64,000 nt of DNA, taken from NCBI GenBank assembly GCA_041577295.1, contig JBFGJG010000010.1, positions 1-64,000 on the forward strand, in the 5' to 3' direction. The notes under the pieces were generated by a model. It saw nothing but the letters and a program-made list of their open reading frames with translations, was not told the DNA's origin and did no database searches. The DNA is from Gemmatimonadales bacterium (GTDB lineage Bacteria > Gemmatimonadota > Gemmatimonadetes > Gemmatimonadales > GWC2-71-9). Of this stretch, positions 37,592 to 47,316 are shown piece after piece. Position 1 is the stretch's first letter. Every line of letters starts with the position of its first letter. The position numbers were made by a program, and so were the translations under genes.

Positions 37592-39928
37592 TCAGAACTC
37601 GAAGTTCAGCCCGATGGTTGGTAGGACGGTGATGCCATCGTTGACGGCAGGTTGTCCGGTCCGAGGATTCCAGTAGCGATCCGTGACGTTCTTCCGGGCG
37701 TAGACGTTCTGCACGTCGAGGTACACCTCTAACTGTGAACCTCGAAAGTTCCAGCGGCGGTCGACACGCAGATCGAGAGCGTGAAACGTCGGAAACCGAT
37801 CGGCGTTGTACTTGGTGAAATCCAGCTGACCAGACTGAGGTCCAGCTCCGACGAACGGAGTAGTCGGACGCCCAGTCGCGAATCGGAACTTACCGCTCAC
37901 GCCCCAAGCTGAGTGAGGCCGATACCCAGCCAGCGCAGTCCCGATCACGCGAGCATCATACGCGCCCGGTCGCGGGATCTCGTCAATGCCGGCGAACTTT
38001 GAGCGGCTCACCGTCAGACTCAGCAGGCCAAAGATGGGGATTCTGCTGAGTTTCTTCTGCAGAAAGAATTCGGCACCGTATGCCGTACCCTCACCTTGTG
38101 AAGTGAGCGGCTCCAGGCCGTACGGGATGTCGTTCGTCGCATCTTCGAACCCGGAAGGTGCCAGCACTGCCTGCGGACGCCACACACGGGTCGGGTAATC
38201 CCGGTACCGCTTGTAGAAGCCCTCGATCTGCAGTTTGAGATCATCGCGCAGCAGGCGCTCGAATCCCGCGACGATCTGGTCAGAAAACAACGGCTTCAAT
38301 GCAGTGGAGTTCAATGGATTGCCAATCAGCCAGATGTACGCGGGGGCCTGGTAGAAGCGCCCGGTGCTCGCCGTGATCGTCGTTGCCTCATCCACGCCGA
38401 GACGGATGGCAAACCGCGGCGCCGCACGCCAGGCGCCGATGGTGCCGTAGTAATCGCCCCGTACGCCCATTACGAGACGTAGCGCTCCTCCGATTCGCCA
38501 GCCCATTTGGACATATGCGGCACCGGCGAACGCTGTAAAACTGGTGTCCAAGGCAAGGGGTGATGGCTGTCCGCTGTCGTCTTGCCGTAACGCGCCATCG
38601 ATGCTGATGTCGTAGGTGAGCTCGTCCGCGAGTCGAATGATTACTCCCGATTCGAGGTCGACCGACGGACTCACGATCACGTCGAGGTCGGTTCGCAGGG
38701 TTGTCTCACCTTCCACGGACCGGTTGGAAAAGATCGGCGGCACCGTTTCGAGCGAGTCTCGCTGTACCGATGCAAAGCGAACGTAGCTTCGTCCAAGAGT
38801 GCCACGGACGGATCCCCGAGCAAGAAATCGAGTCCAGGTGAATCCGCCAAAGTACTGTCGCATCTCGGGAGCCAGGATGCGGCGGTTGTCGAACCGGTCA
38901 TCAGCGGTGGAGTTCTGGAAGCTGACGTCGTCGAGTGCGCCGATCGATAGAAAGGAAAGCCGATCGCGAGCCCCGAGGTCCTGTGTGACTTTCAATGTGA
39001 AGTCCCAATAGCGAGGCACAAAGGGCTGGCCCGCCGCTTGAAAGATGAGATCGAGGTAACTGCGTCGCGCGCTCAAGAGAAATGATCCCGCTCCCACGGG
39101 ACCTTCCACAATGGCTCCGATGCCCGTTGCGGAGAGATTCAATTCCCCAGAGAAGCTCCTTCCGCCCTCCCGCAGGGAGATGTTGGTGACCGAAGCGGTT
39201 CGGTCCCCGTAGCGTACCCCAAAACCGCCACTCGAGAAGCTCACATCGCGAACGAAGTCGATGTTGATGAGCGAAACCGGGCCGCCGGTCGAGCCCTGCG
39301 AGCCGAAATGATTGATATTGGGTACGCGAATGCCATCGACGAGGAAGAGATTCTCGAAAGGTGCACCCCCGCGGACGACAAGGTCGTTTCTCCCCTCTAC
39401 GGGTACCCCGATCCCCGGAAGGACGGCGATGGCGCGGACGACGTCCTCGAACCCGCCCGGCGCACGTCGGGTCTCCTCGGTTTCGAGGCGCTGTGTGCTG
39501 CTGAGTGATTGGGTCGCCCGGCGAAAGTACGTTGCCTGGACAGTCACGGCGTCGAGGTCGACGGGAAGCGGGTCGAGGGCGATTTCCACCGTGTAGGGTT
39601 TGCCGCTACCGATCACCACATCCGAAAGCACGAACGGCGCGTAGCCGATCGCGCGCACCTCGAGCGAGTAGACACCCACGGGTATCCCGATGACGGTGAA
39701 CCGGCCGTCGCCCGCGGTCGCGGCTGAGCGACCTTCGCCGACCACGCTGACCAGTGCTTGGAATACGGGTTGGTCGGTCGTCGCATTGATGACTCGACCA
39801 GTCACAGTTCCCAGTGGTGGCCCTTGCTCCTGCCCATGCGTGGGCCACGGGAACGCGGCCGCGATGAGGCAGAGCCCAGCGGCGACACGCCACGCGCAAG
39901 CACCACCTGCCCGGCCGCGGGACTGCAC
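37592..39928 (-). CDS. TonB-dependent receptor with carboxypeptidase-regulatory-like N-domain
   Basis: GTVTGRVINA, plug motif LVVRGG..FENLFLVDG...NHF, GGFGVRYG and C-terminal GLNFEF. Confidence 0.9.
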   Translation of the reverse strand: MQSRGRAGGACAWRVAAGLCLIAAAFPWPTHGQEQGPPLGTVTGRVINATTDQPVFQALVSVVGEGRSAATAGDGRFTVIGIPVGVYSLEVRAIGYAPFVLSDVVIGSGKPYTVEIALDPLPVDLDAVTVQATYFRRATQSLSSTQRLETEETRRAPGGFEDVVRAIAVLPGIGVPVEGRNDLVVRGGAPFENLFLVDGIRVPNINHFGSQGSTGGPVSLINIDFVRDVSFSSGGFGVRYGDRTASVTNISLREGGRSFSGELNLSATGIGAIVEGPVGAGSFLLSARRSYLDLIFQAAGQPFVPRYWDFTLKVTQDLGARDRLSFLSIGALDDVSFQNSTADDRFDNRRILAPEMRQYFGGFTWTRFLARGSVRGTLGRSYVRFASVQRDSLETVPPIFSNRSVEGETTLRTDLDVIVSPSVDLESGVIIRLADELTYDISIDGALRQDDSGQPSPLALDTSFTAFAGAAYVQMGWRIGGALRLVMGVRGDYYGTIGAWRAAPRFAIRLGVDEATTITASTGRFYQAPAYIWLIGNPLNSTALKPLFSDQIVAGFERLLRDDLKLQIEGFYKRYRDYPTRVWRPQAVLAPSGFEDATNDIPYGLEPLTSQGEGTAYGAEFFLQKKLSRIPIFGLLSLTVSRSKFAGIDEIPRPGAYDARVIGTALAGYRPHSAWGVSGKFRFATGRPTTPFVGAGPQSGQLDFTKYNADRFPTFHALDLRVDRRWNFRGSQLEVYLDVQNVYARKNVTDRYWNPRTGQPAVNDGITVLPTIGLNFEF

Positions 39929-40030
39929 CTACCCCGTCCCTCCGACCCGACCGTGCACGAGACTAAGAAACTCCGGCAGACTGGCGGGCAGCCGCATGGC
40001 CGATGGCCGCGCGCTCAATCATCGAAACGG

Positions 40031-40603
40031 TCATTGCAGTCCTCGCTGACGCGGTTGTGGCCCGGTTGGGAGGGGAGAACCGTTTAGCGACAGAAGTGTC
40101 CGGTCGGCGTCTCCGATCGAACGTTGTCCACCCCCGCGGGGGTCGGTCGATCCCAAGAGCTCGCGGATTCGGTCGAAACGGTGGTCGAAAATCGCGCTGA
40201 CCGCCGTCCGCACGGCAAATGGATGGACGAGCCGGCCGAGCAGGCCAAACGGGAGGCTGTAGAGTACCCGATCAGTCATCAGGGTCCCCCCGTCCGTTTC
40301 CTCAAATCGGTGCGTGTGTACCCAGGAGGCGTACGGCCCGCGCTCCTGCTCATCGACGAATCCGAACGGTGGTCTCCAGGCGCGGATGCGCGTGCGCCAG
40401 CGCACCGGTATGCCGGCGAGCCGAATGCGGTAGTCGATTCTCGTATCGTCCGCCATGCGAATGGGGGACGGCGTCAGAATGCGGAACCCCATCCAGGGTG
40501 GTGTGATGAGCTCTAGATTCTGCGCGCTCGAGAAGAACTCGAACACCTCGTTCCTGGAGCAGGGGACCCACTGCTCGCGCTCCAAACGGTAGATGCGTGT
40601 CAT
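40031..40603 (-). CDS. SRPBCC family protein
   Basis: EVFEFFSSAQNLELITPPW, FVDEQERGPYASWVHTHRF, MTDRVLY and IFDHR. Confidence 0.88.
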   Translation of the reverse strand: MTRIYRLEREQWVPCSRNEVFEFFSSAQNLELITPPWMGFRILTPSPIRMADDTRIDYRIRLAGIPVRWRTRIRAWRPPFGFVDEQERGPYASWVHTHRFEETDGGTLMTDRVLYSLPFGLLGRLVHPFAVRTAVSAIFDHRFDRIRELLGSTDPRGGGQRSIGDADRTLLSLNGSPLPTGPQPRQRGLQ

Positions 40604-40659
40604 TGTTTACGTCCTGTCTAACTAATGTACAATTTAATAGTTGCTTCTTAAATTGACAA
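40604..40659 (-). promoter_or_regulatory. Sigma70 promoter plus CarH/LitR-type operator (three 11-bp-periodic TnnACA repeats)
   Basis: The minus strand reads TTGTCA-N17-TAAATT, then TGTACA ttagt TAGACA ggacg TAAACA ATG. The repeats are at 40626-40631, 40615-40620 and 40604-40609. Confidence 0.7.
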
Positions 40660-40681
40660 TAGTCAGATCAGACCCTACGGC

Positions 40682-41058
40682 GCACCGTCAAATGAGGCGT
40701 TTGCCGCGCTTCCGGCAGGTACGTTGGATGCCTTGCTCGTCGACCCGCGTCCCTTTCCGTCACCGTCTTCGCACCGACGGACGCCGCATTCGACGCACTC
40801 CCATCGGGGACCTTGGGCGCCCTTCTGGCTGATCCGGCAGCCTTGGGCGATGTACTTCCATATCACGTGGCAGATGGGTTCGTGTTCTCTGGGGAGTTGG
40901 ACGGCTTACCGATCACGACTCTGCAGGGAAGTACAATCGAAGTTGACCTCACGAGTGGGGTGCTGCTCAACCAGTCGCAGGTGATTGCGGCAGACATACT
41001 GACTACAAACGGTGTGATCCACGTCATCGATGCCGTGTTGATTCCACCGACGCAATAG
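40682..41058 (+). pseudogene. Fasciclin (FAS1) domain gene remnant
   Basis: APSNEAFAALPAGTLDALLVDP in one frame, then in another frame VTVFAPTDAAFDALPSGTLGALLADP...YHV...TNGVIHVIDAVLIP*. No start codon or signal peptide. Confidence 0.8.
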
Positions 41059-41180
41059 ATTCACAGTAATCTGCAGTATCCTGTTCTTTGGCGTGGTGCG
41101 TCGTGCCGAGGATCCCTCGCGAGCATTGGATCGGCAAGGCATATTGGGTGCCAAGGACCACTCAAGCTTGGACGAAAACC

Positions 41181-43154
41181 ATGACCAGATTGCGTCAGCC
41201 ACCGTTCCTGAAGTCGATTGCCGTCGTGATGTTCGTGGGTTGTGGCGGGCCCGGTGACCAAGACGCCGTGAATTGGCCTCGCGTTGCGAATCCGATCCCT
41301 GCCGAGCCGACTCTGGAAGAGCACCTCGGATCCCTCCTGTCGCGGATGACGCTGGAACAAAAGGTCGGTCAGATGGTCCAGGCGGAAATTCAGAATGTCA
41401 CACCGTCGGACGTCCGCACGTATTACCTCGGATCGGTTCTCAACGGCGGCGGTTCCCATCCCAATCGGTCCAGGGCTGCTCGCGCTGCGGAGTGGGTCAC
41501 CCTGGCCGATGCGTTTTACGACGCTTCCATGGATAGCTCGGCCGGTCGCATTCCGATCCCGATCATCTGGGGAACCGATGCCGTGCACGGTCATAACAAT
41601 GTGCGAGGTGCGACGCTATTCCCTCATAACATCGGGCTGGGTGCGGCACGTAACCCGGACCTGATCCAGCAAATCGGCGAGGTCACGGCGCTCGAGGTTG
41701 CAGCGACCGGCATTGACTGGAACTTCGCTCCCACGCTCGCAGTGGTTAGGGACGACCGTTGGGGCCGCACATATGAGGGGTATTCGGAGGATCCGGAGAT
41801 CGTGAGAAGCTACGCCGGGCGGATGGTCACGGGCCTTCAGGGACTGGTCACCTCGCCCACATTCTTGAGCGACTCCCACGTCGTCGCGACGGCCAAGCAC
41901 TTCATTGGGGACGGGGGAACAGATCGAGGAGTCGACCGGGGAGACAACCTGGCCAGTGAGCAGGAGCTGTTGGAGATCCACGCACAGGGTTATGTGCCGG
42001 CTCTGGAAGCGGGTGTCCAGACGGTCATGGCCTCATTCAATAGTTGGCGCGGCGCGAAGATTCACGGAAGTCGGTATCTGCTCACCGAGGTTTTAAAAGA
42101 ACGCATGGGGTTCGACGGCTTTGTAATTGGCGATTGGAACGGTCACGGCGAGGTGCCTGGATGTCGTAATGACTCATGCGCGCAGGCAATCAATGCGGGT
42201 ATCGACATGATCATGGTGCCGGAGGATTGGAAGGCCTTCATCGCAAATACGCTCGAGCAGGTCCGTGCAGGCGACATTTCGGAAACGCGTGTGGACGATG
42301 CCGTGCGCCGCATTCTGCGGGTGAAGGCACGAGCCGGATTGTTCGCCAAGGGTCGGCCCTCGTCGCGCGCTCTCGCCGGTAATCAGTCCCTCATCGGTGC
42401 CGCCGAGCACCGACGTCTTGCGCGGCGGGCCGTGCGCGAATCGCTCGTGCTGCTCAAGAACGCTGGGGGGCTGCTGCCGCTGCTGCGTAACGCAAACGTG
42501 CTGGTCGCAGGAGATGGAGCGAACAATATCAGCCAACAGTCGGGCGGCTGGTCCGTGACCTGGCAGGGAACCGAGACCGAAAACGCGGACTTTCCTGGCG
42601 CCACCTCAATCTTCCGTGGCGTTCGAGAAGTCGTGACCGCCGGCGGTGGCCGCGCGACCCTAAGTGCCGACGGATCGTTCCGCCAGCGGCCGGATGTGGC
42701 CATTGTCGTCTTCGGCGAGCCCCCGTATGCCGAGATGATGGGCGATGTCGAGTCATTGAGTTTTTCTGCTCGACAGGGGGGGCCTCTTGACCTGTTGCGC
42801 CGATTGCAGGAGCAGGGAATACCGGTGGTCTCGGTGTTCCTGACCGGACGGCCGCTGTGGGTCAATCCGGAGCTCAACGCGTCCACCGCATTCGTGGCCG
42901 CGTGGTTCCCTGGATCCGAGGGAGGCGGAATCGCCGATGTGCTGTTCCGCGATAACGACGGTCAAATACAGTACGACTTTACGGGAAAGCTGCCCAGCAG
43001 TTGGCCGCGAGATCCGGCGCAGACGAGTCTGAACCGTAATGACCCGACCTATGACCCGCTCTTTCCTTACGGATTCGGCCTGACGTACCGCGACACAGAC
43101 ACGTTATCCGGCGACCTTCCCGAGGTTGCCAGCGCGACCGGCGATTCGTCGTAG
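41181..43154 (+). CDS. GH3 beta-glucosidase / exo-glucanase, lipoprotein
   Basis: MTLEQKVGQM, WGTDAVHG, RDDRWGRTYEG, AKHFIGDG, IGDWNG and PLFPYGFGL. Lipobox FVGC. Confidence 0.93.
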   Translation: MTRLRQPPFLKSIAVVMFVGCGGPGDQDAVNWPRVANPIPAEPTLEEHLGSLLSRMTLEQKVGQMVQAEIQNVTPSDVRTYYLGSVLNGGGSHPNRSRAARAAEWVTLADAFYDASMDSSAGRIPIPIIWGTDAVHGHNNVRGATLFPHNIGLGAARNPDLIQQIGEVTALEVAATGIDWNFAPTLAVVRDDRWGRTYEGYSEDPEIVRSYAGRMVTGLQGLVTSPTFLSDSHVVATAKHFIGDGGTDRGVDRGDNLASEQELLEIHAQGYVPALEAGVQTVMASFNSWRGAKIHGSRYLLTEVLKERMGFDGFVIGDWNGHGEVPGCRNDSCAQAINAGIDMIMVPEDWKAFIANTLEQVRAGDISETRVDDAVRRILRVKARAGLFAKGRPSSRALAGNQSLIGAAEHRRLARRAVRESLVLLKNAGGLLPLLRNANVLVAGDGANNISQQSGGWSVTWQGTETENADFPGATSIFRGVREVVTAGGGRATLSADGSFRQRPDVAIVVFGEPPYAEMMGDVESLSFSARQGGPLDLLRRLQEQGIPVVSVFLTGRPLWVNPELNASTAFVAAWFPGSEGGGIADVLFRDNDGQIQYDFTGKLPSSWPRDPAQTSLNRNDPTYDPLFPYGFGLTYRDTDTLSGDLPEVASATGDSS

Positions 43155-43197
43155 CCTCACCGATCGCACCGATTCAGACCTGCGCGGAAGAGAGATC

Positions 43198-44808
43198 GTG
43201 TGTCACGAAGCTCGACACGAGTGGTGGCAGAGTGCCGTCGTCTATCAGATCTACATCAGAAGCTTCTGCGATAGGACCGGCAATGGCGTGGGCGACCTTC
43301 AGGGGGTCATTGAACGGTTGGACTACCTGAGCGAGACGCTCGCTGTCGATGCGATCTGGATCACTCCGTTCTATCCCTCTCCCATGGCCGATTTTGGCTA
43401 TGACGTCTCCGACTACCGCGATGTGCATCCGCTGTTCGGCGATCTCGCGACGTTCGACCGCCTCGTGGAGCACGCCCACCGGACGGGTCTCAAGGTCATC
43501 GTCGACTTCGTCATGAATCACACCTCGGATCAGCATCCTTGGTTCGCGGAGTCACGCCGCAGTCGCGATCATCCTCGGCGCGACTGGTACGTGTGGCGCG
43601 ATCCAAAGCCGGACGGCTCGCCACCCAACAACTGGCTCAGTGTGTTCGGTGGATCGGCATGGGAACTCGACGAAAGGACGGGCCAATACTACTTGCATTC
43701 CTTCTTGAAGGAGCAGCCCGATCTCAATTGGCGAAATTCGGCGGTACAGGCGGCAATGCTCGACCATATGCGTTTCTGGCTCGACCGATCTGTCGACGGA
43801 TTTCGCATCGATGCGGCGCACTTCATCATGAAGGATCCCGAGGAGCGCGACAACCCGCCAAACCCCACCGGTTCACCGTTGGTGCACAAATCGCTGGGCG
43901 CGTATGACGCGCAACTGCACCCTCATGACAAGGGGCACCCGGACGTTCACCAGATCTATCGTCGCGTGCGGGCCCTGCTCGAGGAGCGCCAGCCCGCACG
44001 AATGGCGCTCGGGGAGATGCACCTCTTCGACTGGAACGAGCTAGCGCTGTATTACGGCGACCTCGACGAGCTGAGCATGCCATCCAACTTCGGACTCATG
44101 AAGGCACCCTGGACAGCGCAAGGCGTGCGTGGGGTGGTGGATGGTATCGAGACTGCCATACCTCACGGGGCATGGCCAAACTACGCTATGGGGAATCACG
44201 ACGAGAAGCGGCTGGCGACCCGACTGGGTGAACGAGAGAGCCGCCAGGCCGCCGTGCTGCTCCTCACGCTCCGCGGCTCACCCACGCTCTACTACGGCGA
44301 CGAGCTTGGCATGCGTGAGGCCCGGATTCCGTCAGAGAAACAACGAGACCCTTGGGGGTTCGCTGAGCCCGAACTCAGTCGAGACGGTAGCCGCACCCCC
44401 ATGCCGTGGTCCCCCGGACCTGGGGCGGGCTTCACAGCGGCCGCCGAGCCGTGGCTACCGTTTGGGGACGACTACGCGACTCGCAATGTCGAGTCGCAAC
44501 TGCGCGAGATAGACTCCCACCTCAACCTGTACCGCAAGTTGCTGAAGATCAGGCGAGCCTCGCCGGCGCTTCGAACAGGTGGTTATCGGCCGCTGGATCC
44601 CGTGCCACCCAGTTGTTTCGTCTTCGAGCGCACCAGCGGTACTGAGCGCGCGGTGGTGGCGGTCAACTTCGCGCGTGAGCCCGTCCCGATTGATCAGGTG
44701 AACGTCCGCGGCCGCATCGTCGTATCGACGCACCGTGCGAGTGAGGGCACCGCGGTCACTGATAGACTAACGCTGCAACCACTCGAGGCCGTCGTCGTGA
44801 CGTCGTGA
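43198..44808 (+). CDS. GH13 alpha-glucosidase / oligo-1,6-glucosidase-like
   Basis: WWQSAVVYQIYIRSF, DFGYDVSDY, DFVMNHTSDQH, QPDLNW, GFRIDA, GNHD and RDGSRTPMPW. Confidence 0.93.
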   Translation: MCHEARHEWWQSAVVYQIYIRSFCDRTGNGVGDLQGVIERLDYLSETLAVDAIWITPFYPSPMADFGYDVSDYRDVHPLFGDLATFDRLVEHAHRTGLKVIVDFVMNHTSDQHPWFAESRRSRDHPRRDWYVWRDPKPDGSPPNNWLSVFGGSAWELDERTGQYYLHSFLKEQPDLNWRNSAVQAAMLDHMRFWLDRSVDGFRIDAAHFIMKDPEERDNPPNPTGSPLVHKSLGAYDAQLHPHDKGHPDVHQIYRRVRALLEERQPARMALGEMHLFDWNELALYYGDLDELSMPSNFGLMKAPWTAQGVRGVVDGIETAIPHGAWPNYAMGNHDEKRLATRLGERESRQAAVLLLTLRGSPTLYYGDELGMREARIPSEKQRDPWGFAEPELSRDGSRTPMPWSPGPGAGFTAAAEPWLPFGDDYATRNVESQLREIDSHLNLYRKLLKIRRASPALRTGGYRPLDPVPPSCFVFERTSGTERAVVAVNFAREPVPIDQVNVRGRIVVSTHRASEGTAVTDRLTLQPLEAVVVTS

Positions 44809-44881
44809 GCCTGGCCCGAGCGACGGCGTCTCGCTGAGCCGCACTACAGGGTCTTGGAATGAACAGAACAGACAGCGCGGT

Positions 44882-45502
44882 TCAGTCGAGTGCTGAGTCC
44901 TCTGTCTGATAGAAGGCGATCAAGCCAGCGAAGTGGTGCCTCTCTCCCGCCGAGGGATCACCAACGTCCTCGCACTCGGCAATCCACTCGACGAGCTTCG
45001 CGCGCAGCCGCGCGAGCTGTTCCTTGGTGCCGGTGCCGCCAAAGCGGGCAACGACAGGTAGCAGGGCGGGGTCCGTGTCGTCACTGACCATGGCCGTAGC
45101 CCGTCGGGCCTCCGCCTCCGTCGTATCGAAGATCGTTTGGATCATCAGGTCCGGCTCGCTGGTGGCTTCGGTCTCAGCAGCGTCAAACAGCGATCGATCG
45201 ACTACGAAGCGGGTAGCGACCGCCTGGAGGTAACGCTCCACGGTCCCGCGCTTCTTGCGCTCCTCGACCAATTCGAGGAAACCCGCCTTGCGCAGCGCTT
45301 CCACGTGACGGTACAAACGCGGCGCCTTTTCACCCAACCCATCCGCCACCTGCTTCGTCGTGCGGGGCTCCTTCACGAAAGCCTGGAGAATGCGGAAGCG
45401 GAACGGATCGGACAGAACCCGGGCCTGCTCCAATGTCTTGACTCGAAATGTCCCCGCGCGAGAGGAACGCTTGTGGCGGGACGCAGGGCGATCTTTGGGC
45501 AT
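44882..45502 (-). CDS. ArsR-like winged-helix transcriptional regulator
   Basis: LSDPFRFRIL...TTKQVADGLGE...LYRHVEALRKAGFLE...RGTVERY. Confidence 0.85.
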   Translation of the reverse strand: MPKDRPASRHKRSSRAGTFRVKTLEQARVLSDPFRFRILQAFVKEPRTTKQVADGLGEKAPRLYRHVEALRKAGFLELVEERKKRGTVERYLQAVATRFVVDRSLFDAAETEATSEPDLMIQTIFDTTEAEARRATAMVSDDTDPALLPVVARFGGTGTKEQLARLRAKLVEWIAECEDVGDPSAGERHHFAGLIAFYQTEDSALD

Positions 45503-45548
45503 TGTAGGGCCTCGGCGGCGCGGCGACTTGACAGGTCTGCGTGGTACC

Positions 45549-45572
45549 ATTATTTACTAAAACATAAATAAT
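45549..45572. promoter_or_regulatory. AT-rich inverted repeat between divergent regulator and CPBP protease (putative operator)
   Basis: ATTATTTA-N8-TAAATAAT, with TTGACA hexamers at 45528 and 45577. Confidence 0.5.
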
Positions 45573-45588
45573 AATGTTGACATGAACA

Positions 45589-46320
45589 ATGCCTCCGTCT
45601 CTCACACTCTTAGACCATCTCGTCACCATGCTCCTCGTGGGCGTCTTCCCAATTTACGGTGCATGGGCCTTCCGGAAGCTGAGACGCGGCCTGGAAGCTG
45701 GGCATCGCGGAGCGCTCGTGCGCGAGTACATCGAGACCCTTGCCTGGCAGTGGGGCCTTACAGTCGTCACGATCGTATGGTGGGCCGTTCGCCACAGGCC
45801 CTGGCCGGACCTCGGTGTGTCGGCAACTGTCGGGTCCGGCTTCTACCTTGCCACGGCATTCGTTCTCATTGTGATCGCGGGATTCGTCGTGCAGTGGCGC
45901 AAGGTCGCTGGCAGCGAGCGGTACCGTGCGGCGGTGCAGGAGGCGCTGGGGTCGCTCGTCTCCCTACTTCCACACAACCGCCAGGAGCTCTTCTGGTTTC
46001 GAGCGCTGTCGGTGACGGCGGGAATCTGCGAAGAATTGCTCTACCGGGGCTTTCTCATCTGGTACCTCAGTCAGTTCACCAGCCTGTGGATGGCAGTGGT
46101 CATTTCTTCGCTGCTGTTTGGCTACGCGCACTTCTATCAAGGTGTGGCGGGCATGATGAAAACTGGCATTGCGGGTTTGGTCGCCGCGGGACTCTACGTG
46201 CTGAGCGGCAGCCTCTGGCTCCCAATGATCCTGCACGCGGCGACAGATTTCATCCAGGGGCAAACCGCATACGCGGCGCTGCGCGACTCCGAGCTGGTTG
46301 GGACGCCGGTGGAAGCGTAA
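45589..46320 (+). CDS. CPBP (Abi/CAAX) family intramembrane metalloprotease
   Basis: AGICEELLYRG, LFGYAHFYQG and PMILHAATD. Confidence 0.92.
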   Translation: MPPSLTLLDHLVTMLLVGVFPIYGAWAFRKLRRGLEAGHRGALVREYIETLAWQWGLTVVTIVWWAVRHRPWPDLGVSATVGSGFYLATAFVLIVIAGFVVQWRKVAGSERYRAAVQEALGSLVSLLPHNRQELFWFRALSVTAGICEELLYRGFLIWYLSQFTSLWMAVVISSLLFGYAHFYQGVAGMMKTGIAGLVAAGLYVLSGSLWLPMILHAATDFIQGQTAYAALRDSELVGTPVEA

Positions 46321-46394
46321 GTGTTGTTTTCGCGCTATGTCTGAGTTCCTGAGGCCAATCCCGACGTGCGGTGTGTGGGTGGTTACGACCCGCT

Positions 46395-47315
46395 CTACGA
46401 GTTCTTGCGTGATCTCGCTGTACGTCTCCGTGTGCTCTGTGGCAGCCCGATTCCTGCGAGTTCCTCCGCAGAAAAATCTGGCATTGCCCCCTTCCTGTTC
46501 GCGACGAGCGCCGCGTAGCGGTTTGCCACCGTAAGGGCGTCGCTCAATGTGACACCACGAACCAGCTGGTGGGCGATTGCGGCCGTAAAGGCATCCCCCG
46601 CGCCAACGGTGTCACCCGAAGCGCCCGTGGCCGCTACCCCGGCGGTCGTAACGACACCATCCGCAGTTGTAATCGCGGCGCCAGCCGCCCCGCGCGTCAC
46701 ACACACCGCATACACGCCGATGTCGTAAAGCAGCCACTGGAGGAGTGACGGTCGTTTTAGCAATACCGACAACTGCTCCACCTCTGCTTGGTTCATCTTG
46801 ACCACGTCGACCAGGCGCAGGGTCGCTTCGATGACGGTCGCGTCGATGAACGGCGGACGGAGGTTGACGTCGAAGATGACGATGGCGTCGTCGTTCGTCT
46901 CAGCCAACAGCTGCTGGATGGTGTTCCTACTGGTGGCACATCGCTGTGCGAGCGAGCCTACGCAGATGGCATCCGCGACGCGCACGAGTGAACGCGCCTC
47001 GTCCTCGATCGCGATGTAGTCCCACGCGACGTCTTCGGTGATCTTGTACTCCGGATCTTCATCAGTGACCGTGACCGAGACCGTGCCCGTGGGTTTGACG
47101 CTATCCCACTGCACGTACTCGATTCGGACTCCACGGTCGCGAAGAAAGCGAACGAGCTTCGATCCCTGCCGGTCATTTCCAACGCGGGTGACGATGACGC
47201 CGCGATCGCCGAGTCGGGCGGCGTGATACGCTACGTTGCACGGGGCACCACCTGGGCGCGCGCCGTCCGGGAACAGATCCCACAATGCCTCACCCATCGC
47301 GACCACGGTCGCCAC
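46395..47315 (-). CDS. PfkB family carbohydrate kinase (fructokinase-like)
   Basis: GEALWD, PGGAPCNVA, FDVNLRP and DTVGAGDAF. Confidence 0.92.
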   Translation of the reverse strand: MATVVAMGEALWDLFPDGARPGGAPCNVAYHAARLGDRGVIVTRVGNDRQGSKLVRFLRDRGVRIEYVQWDSVKPTGTVSVTVTDEDPEYKITEDVAWDYIAIEDEARSLVRVADAICVGSLAQRCATSRNTIQQLLAETNDDAIVIFDVNLRPPFIDATVIEATLRLVDVVKMNQAEVEQLSVLLKRPSLLQWLLYDIGVYAVCVTRGAAGAAITTADGVVTTAGVAATGASGDTVGAGDAFTAAIAHQLVRGVTLSDALTVANRYAALVANRKGAMPDFSAEELAGIGLPQSTRRRTARSRKNS

Positions 47316-47316
47316 G

